Of a DNA stretch of 64,000 nt, positions 47,667 to 59,897 are shown piece after piece. Numbering within the stretch: position 1 is the stretch's first letter; every line of letters starts with the position of its first letter. Location of the stretch: assembly GCA_963733675.1 (NCBI GenBank), contig CAVTET010000001.1:288001-352000 (forward strand), in the 5' to 3' direction. This DNA is from an uncultured Methanosarcinaceae archaeon (GTDB lineage Archaea > Halobacteriota > Methanosarcinia > Methanosarcinales > Methanosarcinaceae). Made by a program: the position numbers and the translations under genes. Under the pieces are notes generated by a model. It was not told the DNA's origin. It saw nothing but the letters and a program-made list of their open reading frames with translations, and searched no databases.

Positions 47667-47962
47667 AAAAGTTTTTACAAAAGTTTTCTGAAAAGGTTTT
47701 TCCTCGCTCTCGTAGATTGTTATGACCAATGCTTTGGTTCATCCCCTACCTAAAGGTCAAATTATTTTAGACTCTCTGCACTCCCAAAGTAGTAAATAGC
47801 TATCTAATCTTGTCACATAAGGTGAATTTACTTTTTTTGTCAGTTAACGAAATAACTTATCCAACTGCAATATCTTTTTATTGTAGAAAATAGGAAATAT
47901 TATATAAAAATAAATAGGAAAAAGGAAAGGAATATGAGGTTTCCTATTTACTAATATTAATT

Positions 47963-49195
47963 ATGTGGGATGAATATATGCTAAATACTGGCTCAACAGG
48001 TTTTATGCTTCTTGCGACAAGCCTTGTGATGCTTATGACTCCTGGTCTGGCATTCTTTTACGGAGGTCTTGCCTCAAAGCGAAATATTTTAGGAATTATG
48101 ATGCAGAGTTTTGTTTCTCTCGGGATGACAACTGTTTTATGGTTTTTAGTCGGTTATTCGCTGTGCTTCAGTGGAGGAGAAGGCGCAATCATAGGAAAGT
48201 TGGACAAAATGTTTTTGCATGGAATTACTCCAACTACTATGTTTGGAAACGGGGAAATCCCAGAACTCGTCTTTGTAGCCTACCAAATGATGTTTGCAAT
48301 CATTACTCCAGCTCTGATTACTGGAGCATTTGCAAATAGAATTACTTTTAAGGCTTACATCATCTTTTTAATCAGCTGGCAGCTTTTTGTTTACTATCCT
48401 TTTGTGCATATGGTCTGGGGAGGGGGCTTGCTTGCAAAAATGGGAATCCTTGATTTTGCAGGTGGGATTGTGGTCCATGCAACAGCAGGATTTGCAGCCC
48501 TGGCGTCGGTATTTTACGTGGGTTCGAGGATGTATAAACATTCGAAGCCAAACAACATTCCCTTAATGGCTATAGGAACTGCACTTCTCTGGTTTGGATG
48601 GTATGGCTTTAACGCTGGCAGTGAGCTTCATGTAGATGGAATTACCTCACTTGCATTCATGAACACAGATGTTGCAGCTTCTTTTGCAGCAATCACCTGG
48701 ATGATAATTGATTGGTTCAAGGAAACGAAACCAAAATTTGTAGGGCTTATGACAGGAGCAATTGCTGGTCTTGCAACTGTCACACCTGCAGCAGGCTTCG
48801 TGTCCTTGCCAGTAGCTGCGTTGATGGGTATCCTCGGAGCCATTGTCTGCTATTTTGCGGTACATATCAAAAATAAGATGAAATGGGATGACGCCCTGGA
48901 TGTATGGGGCGTCCATGGGATTGGAGGAGTGACTGGGACAATTCTCCTAGGAATCTTCGCTTCAAATATAATTAATCCGGCAGGAACCAATGGACTTCTT
49001 TACGGCGGAACTGGGTTCTTTATCAAAGAAATCGTGGTTGTTGCTGGTGCTTCAATTTATGCATTTGTGTTTACCTATATTATGCTGATATTCATAAATC
49101 TAATAACTCCGGTCAAAGCTTCCGATGAAGAACAGCTCATAGGGCTAGATATCTCTATCCATGGCGAAAGTGCTTATGACTCGATTCACCACTGA
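47963..49195 (+). CDS. amt: Ammonium transporter
   Basis: MTPGLAFFYGGL, FQ/YQMMFAIITPAL, DFAGGIVVH, LWFGWYGFNAGS, DDALDVWGVHG. Confidence 0.97.
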   Translation: MWDEYMLNTGSTGFMLLATSLVMLMTPGLAFFYGGLASKRNILGIMMQSFVSLGMTTVLWFLVGYSLCFSGGEGAIIGKLDKMFLHGITPTTMFGNGEIPELVFVAYQMMFAIITPALITGAFANRITFKAYIIFLISWQLFVYYPFVHMVWGGGLLAKMGILDFAGGIVVHATAGFAALASVFYVGSRMYKHSKPNNIPLMAIGTALLWFGWYGFNAGSELHVDGITSLAFMNTDVAASFAAITWMIIDWFKETKPKFVGLMTGAIAGLATVTPAAGFVSLPVAALMGILGAIVCYFAVHIKNKMKWDDALDVWGVHGIGGVTGTILLGIFASNIINPAGTNGLLYGGTGFFIKEIVVVAGASIYAFVFTYIMLIFINLITPVKASDEEQLIGLDISIHGESAYDSIHH

Positions 49196-49199
49196 ATTA

Positions 49200-50054
49200 G
49201 GTTCCGTTGCAAAAAATCCTTTCTAATGATACAATAGAATAAAAAGAAAACCAAAGATAGTAATATGCTATCTGATTCCTTTAAATGGAAGCATTATGAA
49301 GGAGAAATTATCTTATTAAATGTAAGATGGTACTTAAAATGTCCACTGAGCTATATAAATTTAAAGGAAATGATGATAGAAAGAGGGATTCAAGTTGATC
49401 ACAGTACTATAATGAGATGGGTACATCAATATTCTCCTGAAATAGAAAAGAAGATAAGAAGACATTTAAGACCAACAAATGATTCGTGGAGAGTTGATGA
49501 AACCTATATCAAAGTAAAAGGTGAATGGAAATATCTTTACAGAGCAGTTGATTCAAATGGAGATACAATTGATTTCATGTTAAGTTCAAAACGAAATAGA
49601 AAAGCAGCGAATAGATTCTTTAAGAAAGCTTTAAGTTCAAATCATAATCAAATTCCAAGAGTAATAACCGTTGATAAGAATCCAGCTTATCCACCTGCTA
49701 TAGATAAACTGAAAAATGATAAAATACTACCTAAAAACGTAGGCATTAGACAAGTCAAGTATTTGAATAACATTATAGAACAAGATCATCGATCTATAAA
49801 GCGAATCGTTAATCCAATATTAGGATTTCAGTCTTTTCGATCTGCTAATAAAACCTTAAAAGGAATTGAAGCTATGAATATGATCAAAAAAGGACAAGTA
49901 AACGATCTAAATTACTCTGTTCTTAATGAAATCAAATACATTAATCAATTGTTTGGTATAGTTTTATAATATTAGTGCATTTTCTTTGAATATTCTGATT
50001 TTTATTCATTACCTATAGATTTACATATTTTTTTGAATTTTTTGCAACGGAACC
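49200..50054 (+). mobile_element. IS6-family element with intact transposase (49265-49969)
   Basis: IRs GGTTCCGTTGCAAAAA; DETYIKVKG, DKNPAY, NNIIEQDHR DDE motifs. Confidence 0.97.
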
Positions 50055-50319
50055 CTTAATGTTGATAAAACAATTTTGGAAGAAGCAGAAGGTTTTGACA
50101 AAAATAAATCGTCTTTAATTCGCGAAGAACTATATCGTATGTATATTCATTTTGGATATAAACCTTATTATAAGGCATAATAGCTGGAACAAACAGGAAT
50201 TTTAAGATAGATAGGAGCAGAGAAATTAATTACTCATGAAATGAAAACTAAGGAGTTTATATGTTTCTCTCCTGAAGGTCATTGGGAACTGATTTATCGA
50301 TTAAATACGTTCGGAGTAA

Positions 50320-50476
50320 AAAACCGGGTTTGAGAGGACTTGTTTTAGTTTTACTAGTATAGCATTGGTTACATATATATTGAGCACACAAGGAATTGCA
50401 GACTTATTTATGGATGTTGCAACCTGGCTTTTAATAATTTATGTTGTACTTGCCACTATTTAGTATATATTTTAAG
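50320..50476 (+). pseudogene. Degenerate UPF0391/DUF1328-like gene, paralog of 26514-26669
   Basis: GCATTGGTTACATATATATTG..GCACAAGGAAT and GTACTTGCCA..TATATATTTTAAGG blocks are shared; frameshift and stop present. Confidence 0.75.
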
Positions 50477-50636
50477 GAGGGAGTAACATAAAAAGTGTTG
50501 TTTCCGCGGTTATTTTTCTATTAAAAAATATCAAAAAAACTTGAGGTTTGCGGAAATCTCACTACTTTTGAAAATGTACATTCTATGCGCATTATTTCAA
50601 ATAATTGCACTAAATTGGCTGAAGTATAAATCATGC

Positions 50637-50724
50637 GTGAGAGTAGCCCAGCTAGGCCAAAGGCATCAGATTTAGAGTCTGGTCTGGTAGGAGTTCTTGT
50701 GTTCGAATCACACCTCTCGCACCA
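50637..50724 (+). tRNA. Divergent tRNA-Leu(TAG)-like gene with encoded CCA
   Basis: Acceptor GTGAGAG/CTCTCGC+A+CCA, D-loop AGCTAGGCCAA, anticodon arm TCAGA-TTTAGAG-TCTGG, long variable arm, TTCGAAT; mismatches in the T-stem and variable stem. Confidence 0.7.
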
Positions 50725-50740
50725 AGTAGGAGTTGAGATC

Positions 50741-50890
50741 ATGGAAGAAACAGTTTGGTATTCTTCAGAATGGAAATGTGAATGCCCGCATTGTGAAGCA
50801 ACTAATACATGTCCTGCGCCTCATAAAGATTTTGTGTGCACTGAATGTGGAAAAGCATTTGCGGCTTCTGTAGCGCATACAGAAGAGTGA
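50741..50890 (+). CDS. 49-aa zinc-ribbon miniprotein (CPHC...CTECG)
   Basis: AGGAG RBS just after the tRNA CCA; MEETVWYSSEWKCECPHCEATNTCPAPHKDFVCTECGKAFAASVAHTEE. Confidence 0.8.
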   Translation: MEETVWYSSEWKCECPHCEATNTCPAPHKDFVCTECGKAFAASVAHTEE

Positions 50891-51099
50891 TTGGACTATA
50901 TATATCAAAGAACAGAGAACTTGAAATTAAACAGATGTGGTATACATTGCAACCAAATAGCCTTATGGTGTGCGTCACGCAATGTATACTAGTAGTTTAT
51001 TCGCATAATGAAATACGCAAAACTTTTCTCTATGTAAACTGATATTTTCATGTATCTAAGAAGTTTAGTAAATGATCTGACTAGTAATTAGTCAACAAT

Positions 51100-51258
51100 T
51101 AGCTTTTACAGATGGTAGCGCCGTTGCAGCTAGAACAAATATGGTGATATTCAAGCGAATTGTATGCATTTGCTGCTTCAACGGTTAATGATGCTGCAAA
51201 AAACTGCTAGCAAAATAGTCAGTACCTTTTTAATTCTACCATATGATTGTTTCAACAT
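51100..51258 (-). pseudogene. Third MLKQ-leader secreted-peptide gene, frameshifted
   Basis: GGAGTG RBS, MLKQSYGRIKKVLTILLAVF, then a frameshift in a T6 run before AASLTVEAANA; 3' end approximate. Confidence 0.6.
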
Positions 51259-51597
51259 CCAATTCACTCCTTTTTTATAAAAATATACACAATTTGAGGG
51301 ATGTTTGTTTGTCGATTCACACTTTTTTCATGGTAAATGCATTATAAACTTGATTACAGGCGCAAAGGAAAAAAGCAATTAAAGAAGTCCAAACTGTAAA
51401 ATATGCAATCAATCATTTTCTTGGAATAATTAGACAAATTTTTGATTTCGATGCATATACCTTATATTTAATAAATGTTTACATGGCTGAATATGAACAA
51501 ACTTTTAATTTAAGAGACAGAAGTATAGATTATAGAGGCTCACCCCAATATCTATTTGGGAAAAAAGATGTCAATAGCACGAATAATTAAATGGAAA

Positions 51598-53127
51598 TTA
51601 AAAATATCCCACATCCAATTCATTCTCAAGTGCTTCTGTAACTTTTTCAGGATTAGTATTCTAGAATATCACTTATTATTTGATTCCACAACAGTCCATT
51701 ATAACAGTTGTGGTGCTTGTTTTCTGAAGCATATCATCAACAACAATTTTATATTTGTCCCATGGATATCGGTTTCGCCAGTTTTCATCTGTTATTTTCC
51801 AAATTTTTTCGGGATTGTTTTGCCGATTTTTGCAACGTTCTAGCTGAGCATCCTTATCAATTTGAAGCCAGAATTTTAGAATAGTCGCTCCTGTTCCTAC
51901 AGGAATATTTTCAAATTCGTTTATTTCCCCCTATAAGCACGTTTCTATTCCCAGTCACTGTAGAGCTTCTCTACCCTTTCTACAAAGACTCTGCAATACC
52001 AGCTCCGTTCGAAAATCGTTATGTTTCCCGCATAAGGGACCACTTCACAAAAGCGCCAAAGGTATTGACGTGCCTTTTCAATATCATTTGGCGGGCCCGC
52101 GGATACACCCTGTAGAGTCCTAGGGTTCAGCTCTTTACCAAGGTTGTGAATATCTCCCCCTTTGTCTGTGGCAGCCTAGCCTTCAAATACTATAATTATG
52201 GAGCGTTTTTCTTGAAAAGCTCGTACTGGAGGTTTTCAAGTTTTTGTTGGTACAGCTTTTTGGATTCTTCTTATTCCTTATGTAAGATGGTTTTGGACAG
52301 GTCGACTTTTCCAAGACAGAGGCACCAAGTTCAGGGAGCTTGATATTTCTCTATACAGGTATTTAATTGTCTGCTGCCCTGGAGTACGTGTCATATCCTC
52401 AATATAAGTTTCGATGACCTGAGTTGCAGTCGTGATAATTTGGAAGGTTGCAAAGTTTCTGTCATTTGCTCCCACTACAGTCCAGTGGGTATAGAGCATG
52501 TCTATTTTTTCAAGCACTTTTTCTATAATTGGCATGTACTCATTATATTCATAAATGAAATCCAACTTCTTCCCATTTTTCTTTCTTTTTTCCTTTTCGT
52601 ATTCATCCAGGATTAATGGAATGCCTTTTTTTAATTTTCTTGAAATGATCTTCTTGCTCTTTTTTTACTTACATGGAGGAAAAACTTCAGTATAAGGTAC
52701 CTATCATCTGAAAGCTGACACTCGAAGCAATTTATTTTTTCCAGACATTTCTCAAGTTTTTCTTTGGATTTTCCCTTCCTGAAGTGTTTTACGATCTCCG
52801 GCTGTACCAGCTCTGATAAAATATCGCAATTTTACCTTTTACTAGAATAAAATTCCAAAAATGCAAAAGGAAAGTTTTGAGTGCATCTTCATAGGAGGCG
52901 AAAGTCATGATGTGAAAATCTTATTCTCTCGAGTCCAGAGGCAATATGAAAAGTTTGATGTCTTCTACCATCCCAGATGCATGCCAGCCTTCGAAAACGA
53001 AAATGATGAGGATCTTCAATTCTCGGGTCTTACGTTAGAGCTCACCGAGCTTAACCTCAAGTATTTTCATAGGTTTTTCATATTCACTGTGTTTTATTGC
53101 CGGAGCCATGTCAATATTTTCAAGCAT
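51598..53127 (-). pseudogene. Polyphosphate:AMP phosphotransferase (double PPK2) pseudogene
   Basis: MLENIDM start; WTVVGANDRNFA, IFERSWYCR, KIWKITDENWRNR.PWD.Y...V.DML.KTS fragments. Confidence 0.85.
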
Positions 53128-53834
53128 ACAATAACCCCAAGTTTATCGATTAAAGTTGTCCGATTAATTCAGCTATTTGGTTTTGATCTTTAGAAGTAAT
53201 TTTTATGATAATACATAAAGGTAATATTTGAATCCACTTTTGGTAGGTAGACATTAGAATTTATGCAGATGGACTAAAGAAGCAATAGTGTTAAACCTTT
53301 AACCCATTAAACATGACGTTGATCATAATGTCAAATGCATTCGATTTTGTTCCTTTAGTGAATAGCCTTATCCAGTCTAAAGAAAAATAGACTTATATAT
53401 GAGGCTGCCAAATTTAACCCCAGGGCTGAAACTAAAGCCAAATGTATGCAGCAGATGATTTAGTAAAGAATCATTTAGTAAGCTTTGCCTAAAGGTCATT
53501 CCATTCTTAATTCTTAAGATTTTCAGGATGCCTTCATGATCAGGAATCGGTCATTATCCGAAATAAGATGTTAAAGAAACAAATTTCAAGTTTAGGACTT
53601 TGCTGTTGAACTGAAAAACAGCAAAATTAAATGTTTAACTGTTTAAATCCAAGTATTCTGATGAGACTGATTGTACTTGATTTTATCACTAAACCGCGTA
53701 CTCCTAAAACTTTGGGATCGGCTCAGTCACAAACCTGAAATATTATCTTTACCGAATTCTCATGGACTACTCGAATTTCGTATAGAATTTGAGTTTCCTA
53801 ACAATTGTGCTTTTGCTAAATTAAAAGGTGAATC

Positions 53835-54668
53835 ATGTCTCACATAATGGAAATAATGGGAAAAACAAGGGTAGTAATAAAGGATGGCGAAGTTATCGAA
53901 GTTGGAGATTCTGAGATCGAATGGTGTCCCCTCATTGCCAAGTTAAACGGAATCCAAAAAATTACCTCAGAAGAAGTCAAAAAGAATGTAGAGTCCAAGA
54001 TCAGTAACTTAGGAATGTTCACAGCTAAGCGCCAACTCCTTGAACAAGATACTTTTGTGGCTTTTGGAGCCTCCGAAATAATGATGTCTGGCTTACGTAG
54101 TGGTTCCCTTGAGGCAACTGTAACTGTCTGCGATGGAGCAGGAACTGTCATATCCAACAATCCTGATCTTGTCCAGGGTATAGGCGGTAGGATATCAGGT
54201 TTGATAAAAACTGAGCCCATCAAGGATGTTATAAATGGGATTCAAAAATTCGGCGGAATTGTTCTTGACACTAAAACTGCAGTCATCGACCCTGCAGGTG
54301 GAGTAAAAAAAGCTGCAGATCTTGGTTACAAAAAGATAGCAGTAACTGTAGCTAATCCAAAAACCGCAAAAAAACTGAGAGAACTCGAAGCTGAACTTGA
54401 ACTTGATCTTATAGTAATTGCTGTACATGTTACAGGAGTCAGCAAGGAAGAAGCTCAAAGTCTTCTGGAAAATTCAGATATAGTTATCAGTTGCGCTTCT
54501 AAACATATAAGGGAACTTGCGAAACCATTCGTTCAAGTTGCAGCTGCTATCCCATTATTTGTCATAACGCAGAAAGGAAAAGAAATCGTGATTGAGAGAG
54601 CGAAAGATATCAAAAGCCCAATTTTGATAACTACTACAGAATTGCCAGTGATACCCAGGCATAAGTAG
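53835..54668 (+). CDS. Methanogenesis marker protein 8 (DUF2099-like)
   Basis: HIMEIMGKTRVVI, WCPL, FGMFT-like, FGASE, VCDGAGTVI, LVQGIGGRISGL, AVHVTG. Confidence 0.88.
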   Translation: MSHIMEIMGKTRVVIKDGEVIEVGDSEIEWCPLIAKLNGIQKITSEEVKKNVESKISNLGMFTAKRQLLEQDTFVAFGASEIMMSGLRSGSLEATVTVCDGAGTVISNNPDLVQGIGGRISGLIKTEPIKDVINGIQKFGGIVLDTKTAVIDPAGGVKKAADLGYKKIAVTVANPKTAKKLRELEAELELDLIVIAVHVTGVSKEEAQSLLENSDIVISCASKHIRELAKPFVQVAAAIPLFVITQKGKEIVIERAKDIKSPILITTTELPVIPRHK

Positions 54669-55199
54669 CCTCGAGAATTAAAATAAAGTAGCCGTATCTA
54701 TTATGTACCCATAGAATTTGCGCACTCTAAGTAACAAATCAAGGTCATTAAACTTCATGGTTTAAATTTACATTTAAGACATTTAACGGTTCAATGTTGT
54801 TTTTCATTTCAAATGCGTAAGTCATACCCCTCAAATATAGAATCAAACCTACTTTTAAGACGTGCTCTTAGATATTTGAGGCTTTCGTTGAGAACTTAGG
54901 TAAATTTAAGATATTTATATCATTTCAACTTCTAGAAATTAGAGCTTTAAGAGCAAAATCAGTAAGAGTTTTCATAAGTAGAAATTAATGTTAAGAAATT
55001 TAAACTCTCAATACTCAAATGCATAGGAGTTAATCTATCCTAGAGTCGCTTAAGTGGTTTCCACAGGCTAATGGTTTTGGTGACTGTGGAGAGTATATTA
55101 ACGGGTGTGGAGTAGATGGAATGCTCCATATGGATTTTCTCTCATAAAGACAATTAGCTATCACAAAACACTAGCAAATTGATTAAGGTTTAGACTTAT

Positions 55200-55681
55200 A
55201 AGCTTTCAATAGACTTGCCGCTCTATTAGCATGTTTTGTGACGGAATAAAGACTTTGAATAGCTTGTTCCATATCAGAGTTTCCGGCTTCAATATTTTTT
55301 TTATAAGCTTTGACTCCGTGATAAATACAAACTGCTGCGCTGTTGGCTTGTACCATTTCTAGTCGAGATTCATCTTTTGCACTTTGTAAATCAGGCGATA
55401 CACTGTATAAATCACTATCATTTTAACGCAGTATCTATGTATTTCATGTCATTACTTACAACAAGCGAATCTGATAGATACGTCGCCAACCATTGAGAAT
55501 CTTGATTGTTTATTGTTTCATTTATTGGTATAGGAGCCAGGGTAGGAACTGGCATTGAAACTTCTATTTCTGCTTTCCCATAACACAAAACCATTGGAAT
55601 AGTTGCCAAAATCAAAAAACAATAAATTATCATGAAAATATTCAGTATCCTTTTTATCTTCTCAAATTCTTGTTTCCCCAT
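55200..55681 (-). pseudogene. Membrane-anchored or exported protein, prematurely stopped
   Basis: N-terminal TM segment, then NQDSQWLAT...; protein-like sequence (YTVSPDLQSAKDE...) continues past stops. Confidence 0.5.
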
Positions 55682-56081
55682 ATATTATACCCCCTATTTT
55701 CACTAAATTTTGATGTGCTGATGATGTACATGCCTAACGATGTTTATTTTTGTCACCGTAATTATTTTAAATTAATTATATGAAAAATAGTTTCTTAACA
55801 AAAGTTACTCCGATATCAAATTTTTGTAAGTTAAAAAAAATAAATATTAGTAATATTTTTTTTATTATTTTTGGATTCTTCAAAATTTAGTACTAAGTTC
55901 GTCCCTAAAAGGTAATGCAGATCAATCTATGGTTAATATGTATTGCTTTTTAGGAAAAAGCTCAATGTTGAGCTTGTGAAAAAATCATGGTATATACTAT
56001 ATTATTAATATAAAAATATAGTTGAATTTTAAAATATTTTATTGGAAAGCAAATTCAATATGATAGCTGCAATTTGACTTA

Positions 56082-56953
56082 GAAGCTATCCGAAAAGTCC
56101 TGCTGATCTTAATGTTATCAATGCGCACGCTAAATGTAGGATAGCAAGGTAATTTTCAATTTTCTTTTCCCATCTTATAAGGAGTCTTCTGAATCTATTC
56201 AGCCAAGAATGTGTCCTTTCTACAACCCATCTTCTTGCCCTAAAACCAGGTATTTCTCTTCTTATGTTTTCTTCTCCACGACTTTTGATATGCGCAGTAT
56301 AACCATATTCTTCAACCAATTTTCTGATATCGTTGAAATCATAACCCTTATCCATGCATATATTCTGAATTATGTCTTCTGGAGAAGGTCTTTCAAAGAA
56401 TATGGCGTCTAAAGTCCTTTTTACAAGCTTTATATCGTGACGATTGGCTCCATCAACGACAACAGAAAGTGATATGCCTTTACCATCAGTTAAAACACTC
56501 CTTTTTGTACCTTTTTTGCCACGATCAGTAGGATTGGCTCCTGTTCCAGTTCCACCTAATGGTGCTTTTGTCATAGCACCATCAATTGATTGTCATTCCC
56601 ATTCTAATCCTTTTTCGAAATCATACTCAACAAGACCAGCCATCCACATGCTCTCAAATAAGCCTGATAGTTGCCATTCCTGAAATAGATCATGTACAGT
56701 GCTTGGAGCTCCATAAAATCGTGGCAATGCTTTCCATTGGCAAACAGTAAAAAGGAGATAGAAAATGCCACTCATTATTTTCCTATCACCCTTTCTAGGT
56801 CTTCAAGACTTCTTTTTTGGCTTAGGTACATGTAGTAAAGGTTCTATTCTTCCCCAATAATCTTTAGAAAATTTGTAGTCCTGAACAAATTTCCGTTTTG
56901 TCATTACCACACATGATCTTAAATTGAAAGTAGATTATTTTTCGGATAGGCTC
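56082..56953 (-). mobile_element. IS5-family element (copy 3), transposase with in-frame stops
   Basis: Same IRs, TTA duplication; nearly identical to copy 2. Confidence 0.92.
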
Positions 56954-57360
56954 TTAGAGATATACAGCTTTTATAATAAAATATATGTATTTTTCTCAAA
57001 TTCAAGTATAAAAATGGTACAATCCATTTTAATACAATCAAGTGTAACAATAAATTCCCACATCAACATATATATCGCCTGAAGTAGCCAATGAATTTCA
57101 CACTATATAAGAAAAAACTAAAAATTTCAGCTTTGATGACTTTTCCAGATGATGCATGGACAGCTTTGAGTAGAATTACAGGATCGATGACTATGCTTGC
57201 ATTCTCTTCCTTCTCATACATGCATAGTTTTTCATATAAAACCTGTTCATCAATGAAACAACAAAAACATAACTTTATTAGTTTATTGAATATAATTAGA
57301 CTGTAAATATAAATATCATTTCAATAGTATTAAACTATATTGATATAATAATACAATCTA

Positions 57361-57412
<52 letters not shown>

Positions 57413-57542
57413 TAATTTAAATTCTGTACTACTTCATATACAACACTAGTGCAGGTTTAGGAATGATAATCAATTGGTAAAACAATGGCTATGCAATAAA
57501 TTAGTTTAGGAGTGTTTATTCTGATAAACTATCCGATTATAA

Positions 57543-58396
57543 GGTTCCGTTGCAAAAATCCTTTCTAATGATACAATAGAATAAAACGAAAACCAAAGAT
57601 AGTAATATGCTATCTAATTCCTTTAAATGGAAGCATTATGAAGGAGAAATTATCCTATTGAATGTAAGATGGTACTTAAAATATCCATTGAGCTATAGAA
57701 ATTTAAAGGAAATGATGATAGAAAGAGGATTTCAAGTTGATCACAGTACTATAATGAGATGGGTACATCAATATTCCCCTGAACTAGAAAAGAAGATAAG
57801 AAGACATTTAAGACTAACAAACTATTCGTGGAAAGTTGATGAAACCTATATCAAAATAAAAAGTAAATGGAAATATTTTTACCGAGCAGTTGACTCAAAT
57901 GGAGATACAATTGATTTCATGTTAAGTGCAAAACGAAATCGAAATGCAGCGAAGAGATTTTTTAAGAAAGCTTTGAGTTCTAATCATAATCAAATTCCAA
58001 GAGTAATAACAGTTGATAAGAATCCAGCTTATTCACCTGCTATAAGTAAACTGAAAAATGATAAAATACTACCTAAAAACGTAGGCATTCGACAAATCAA
58101 GTATTTGAATAACATTATAGAACAAGATCCTAGATTTATAAAGCGAATCGTTAATCCAATGTTAGGATTTCAGTCTTTTCAATCTGCTAATAAGACTTTA
58201 AAAGGAATTGAAGCTATGAATATGATCAAAAAAGGACAAGTAAATGATCTAAATTACTCTGTTCTTAATGAAGTCAAATACATTAATCAATTATTTGATA
58301 TAGTTTTATAATGTTAGTACATTTTCCTTGAATGTTTTGATTTTTATTAATCACTTATAGATTTACATATTTTGTTGAAGTTTTTGCAACGGAACC
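57543..58396 (+). mobile_element. IS6-family element with full-length transposase ORF (57607-58311)
   Basis: IRs GGTTCCGTTGCAAAAA; DDE motifs; EQDHR changed to EQDPR. Confidence 0.96.
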
Positions 58397-59026
58397 CTTG
58401 CCAATTCTGGAATTGCCGAAGAAGATATAAATAGCGTGTATGCAACTGGATATGGACGGAACAGCATAAAATTTGCCGATGGAACAATAAGTGAGATTAC
58501 CGCTCATGCTATGGGCGTTTATCACCTGTACCCAGATGTTAACGGGATTATCGACATAGGAGGTCAGGATAGTAAGGTTATCTCAGTGAATGATGGCAAA
58601 GTAACCGATTTTTTAGTGAACGATAAATGCGCAGCAGGCACAGGTAAATTTTTAGAGTACACCGCGAGAGCTCTTGAAGTGCCTATAGAGGAATTTGGTT
58701 TTTTGGCACTAAGCTCAAAAGAACCAGCTAGCATATCAAGTATGTGTACTGTCTTCGCCGAGTCCGAGGCTATATCACTAAGAGCGAGAGGGTTTAAGAA
58801 GGAAAATATTGCGGCAGGACTCATCGAAAGCGTTTCTAGAAGAGTTGTTGTCATGGCCCGACAAGCAGGATTAAACCAAAACGTGGCTTTTGTGGGCGGT
58901 GTGGCGAAAAACGTTGGTATTAAGATAGCATTGGAAAAAGAGTTGGGAATATCACTCTACGTTCCCCCAAACCTGCAGATCACGGGAGCACTTGGAGCTG
59001 CACTAATCAATTGTGAACTAAAATAA
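58397..59026 (+). pseudogene. Acyl-CoA dehydratase activase (BadF/BcrA/HgdC ATPase), 5'-truncated by IS6
   Basis: The frame begins at the IS6 end (LANSGIAEEDINSVYATGYGR); IDIGGQDSK, NDKCAAGTG, CTVFAESE; the N-terminal G.D.GS motif is absent. Confidence 0.85.
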
Positions 59027-59897
59027 ACATTATTATATAAGGAAGATATCTCCTTCTCTTCAGGATTTAGTCTTTAAAATTGTATTAGTTTCTAGTCATT
59101 AGTTATTGAGTATCTGTAGAATGATAGCTACCTTTATTCATATAGTAGTTGGTTATACTTAAATTCGGAACTTGATGTCACTATATTGAAATATGACCTG
59201 ATTTGATTTATTCTAAGCTAATACGACTATTTACAAAAAACGATCACTCAACAAATTCGATCTTTACGATAATTCAAAACTATTAGCGTACGATTTTTTC
59301 CGTTTCGTTACATGACCCCATTCTGATAATTTTCTTAATCTCTATCCAAAAGTTGTGACTATTATCACTATCAGAATAATTTCCCATACCGAAAGCGGAA
59401 GAAAGACAGTCTTCAAATATGGGGGAACAATGGGTATATTTGTCATTCTTGTGGTCAGATGAGCATCAAGGGCCAGCAGCTGCACAATGAGGACGAGCAG
59501 ATTGGTCATTTAAATGAGAATGTGCATAACAGGCTGTACATATTCAAACTTTAATCCAGGAAAATAGCAGGCTAAACATCAAGCTGCTTCCGGGCAACAC
59601 CGAAAAAAGTAAGGCTTGGTGGCTATTTTGGTAACTCCTACTACAATTCTCAAAATTGCTCAAACTTCGCTAAAATTTGTTTTCTAATTATATCTGCTTC
59701 CTTTACTGTTATCTCAACATTTTCGTTCCTATTTCCTGAAACAACATTTGTTTTCAGATATCGAATGATTCTGTTGTATGTAAATCAGAACCATTAAAAT
59801 GTTGGATAACAGCTTATATATCATAGCTGTTTCATCCTAATAATTTGATCAATGAATTCTTTATAATTGTCAAAACTATATTTTCTATTGATCTTCT

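Noticed and set aside
50633-50740. 85-aa ORF running through the tRNA-like sequence
   Set aside because: The 5' part is tRNA sequence read in frame; the RBS and the paralog both support the start at 50741.
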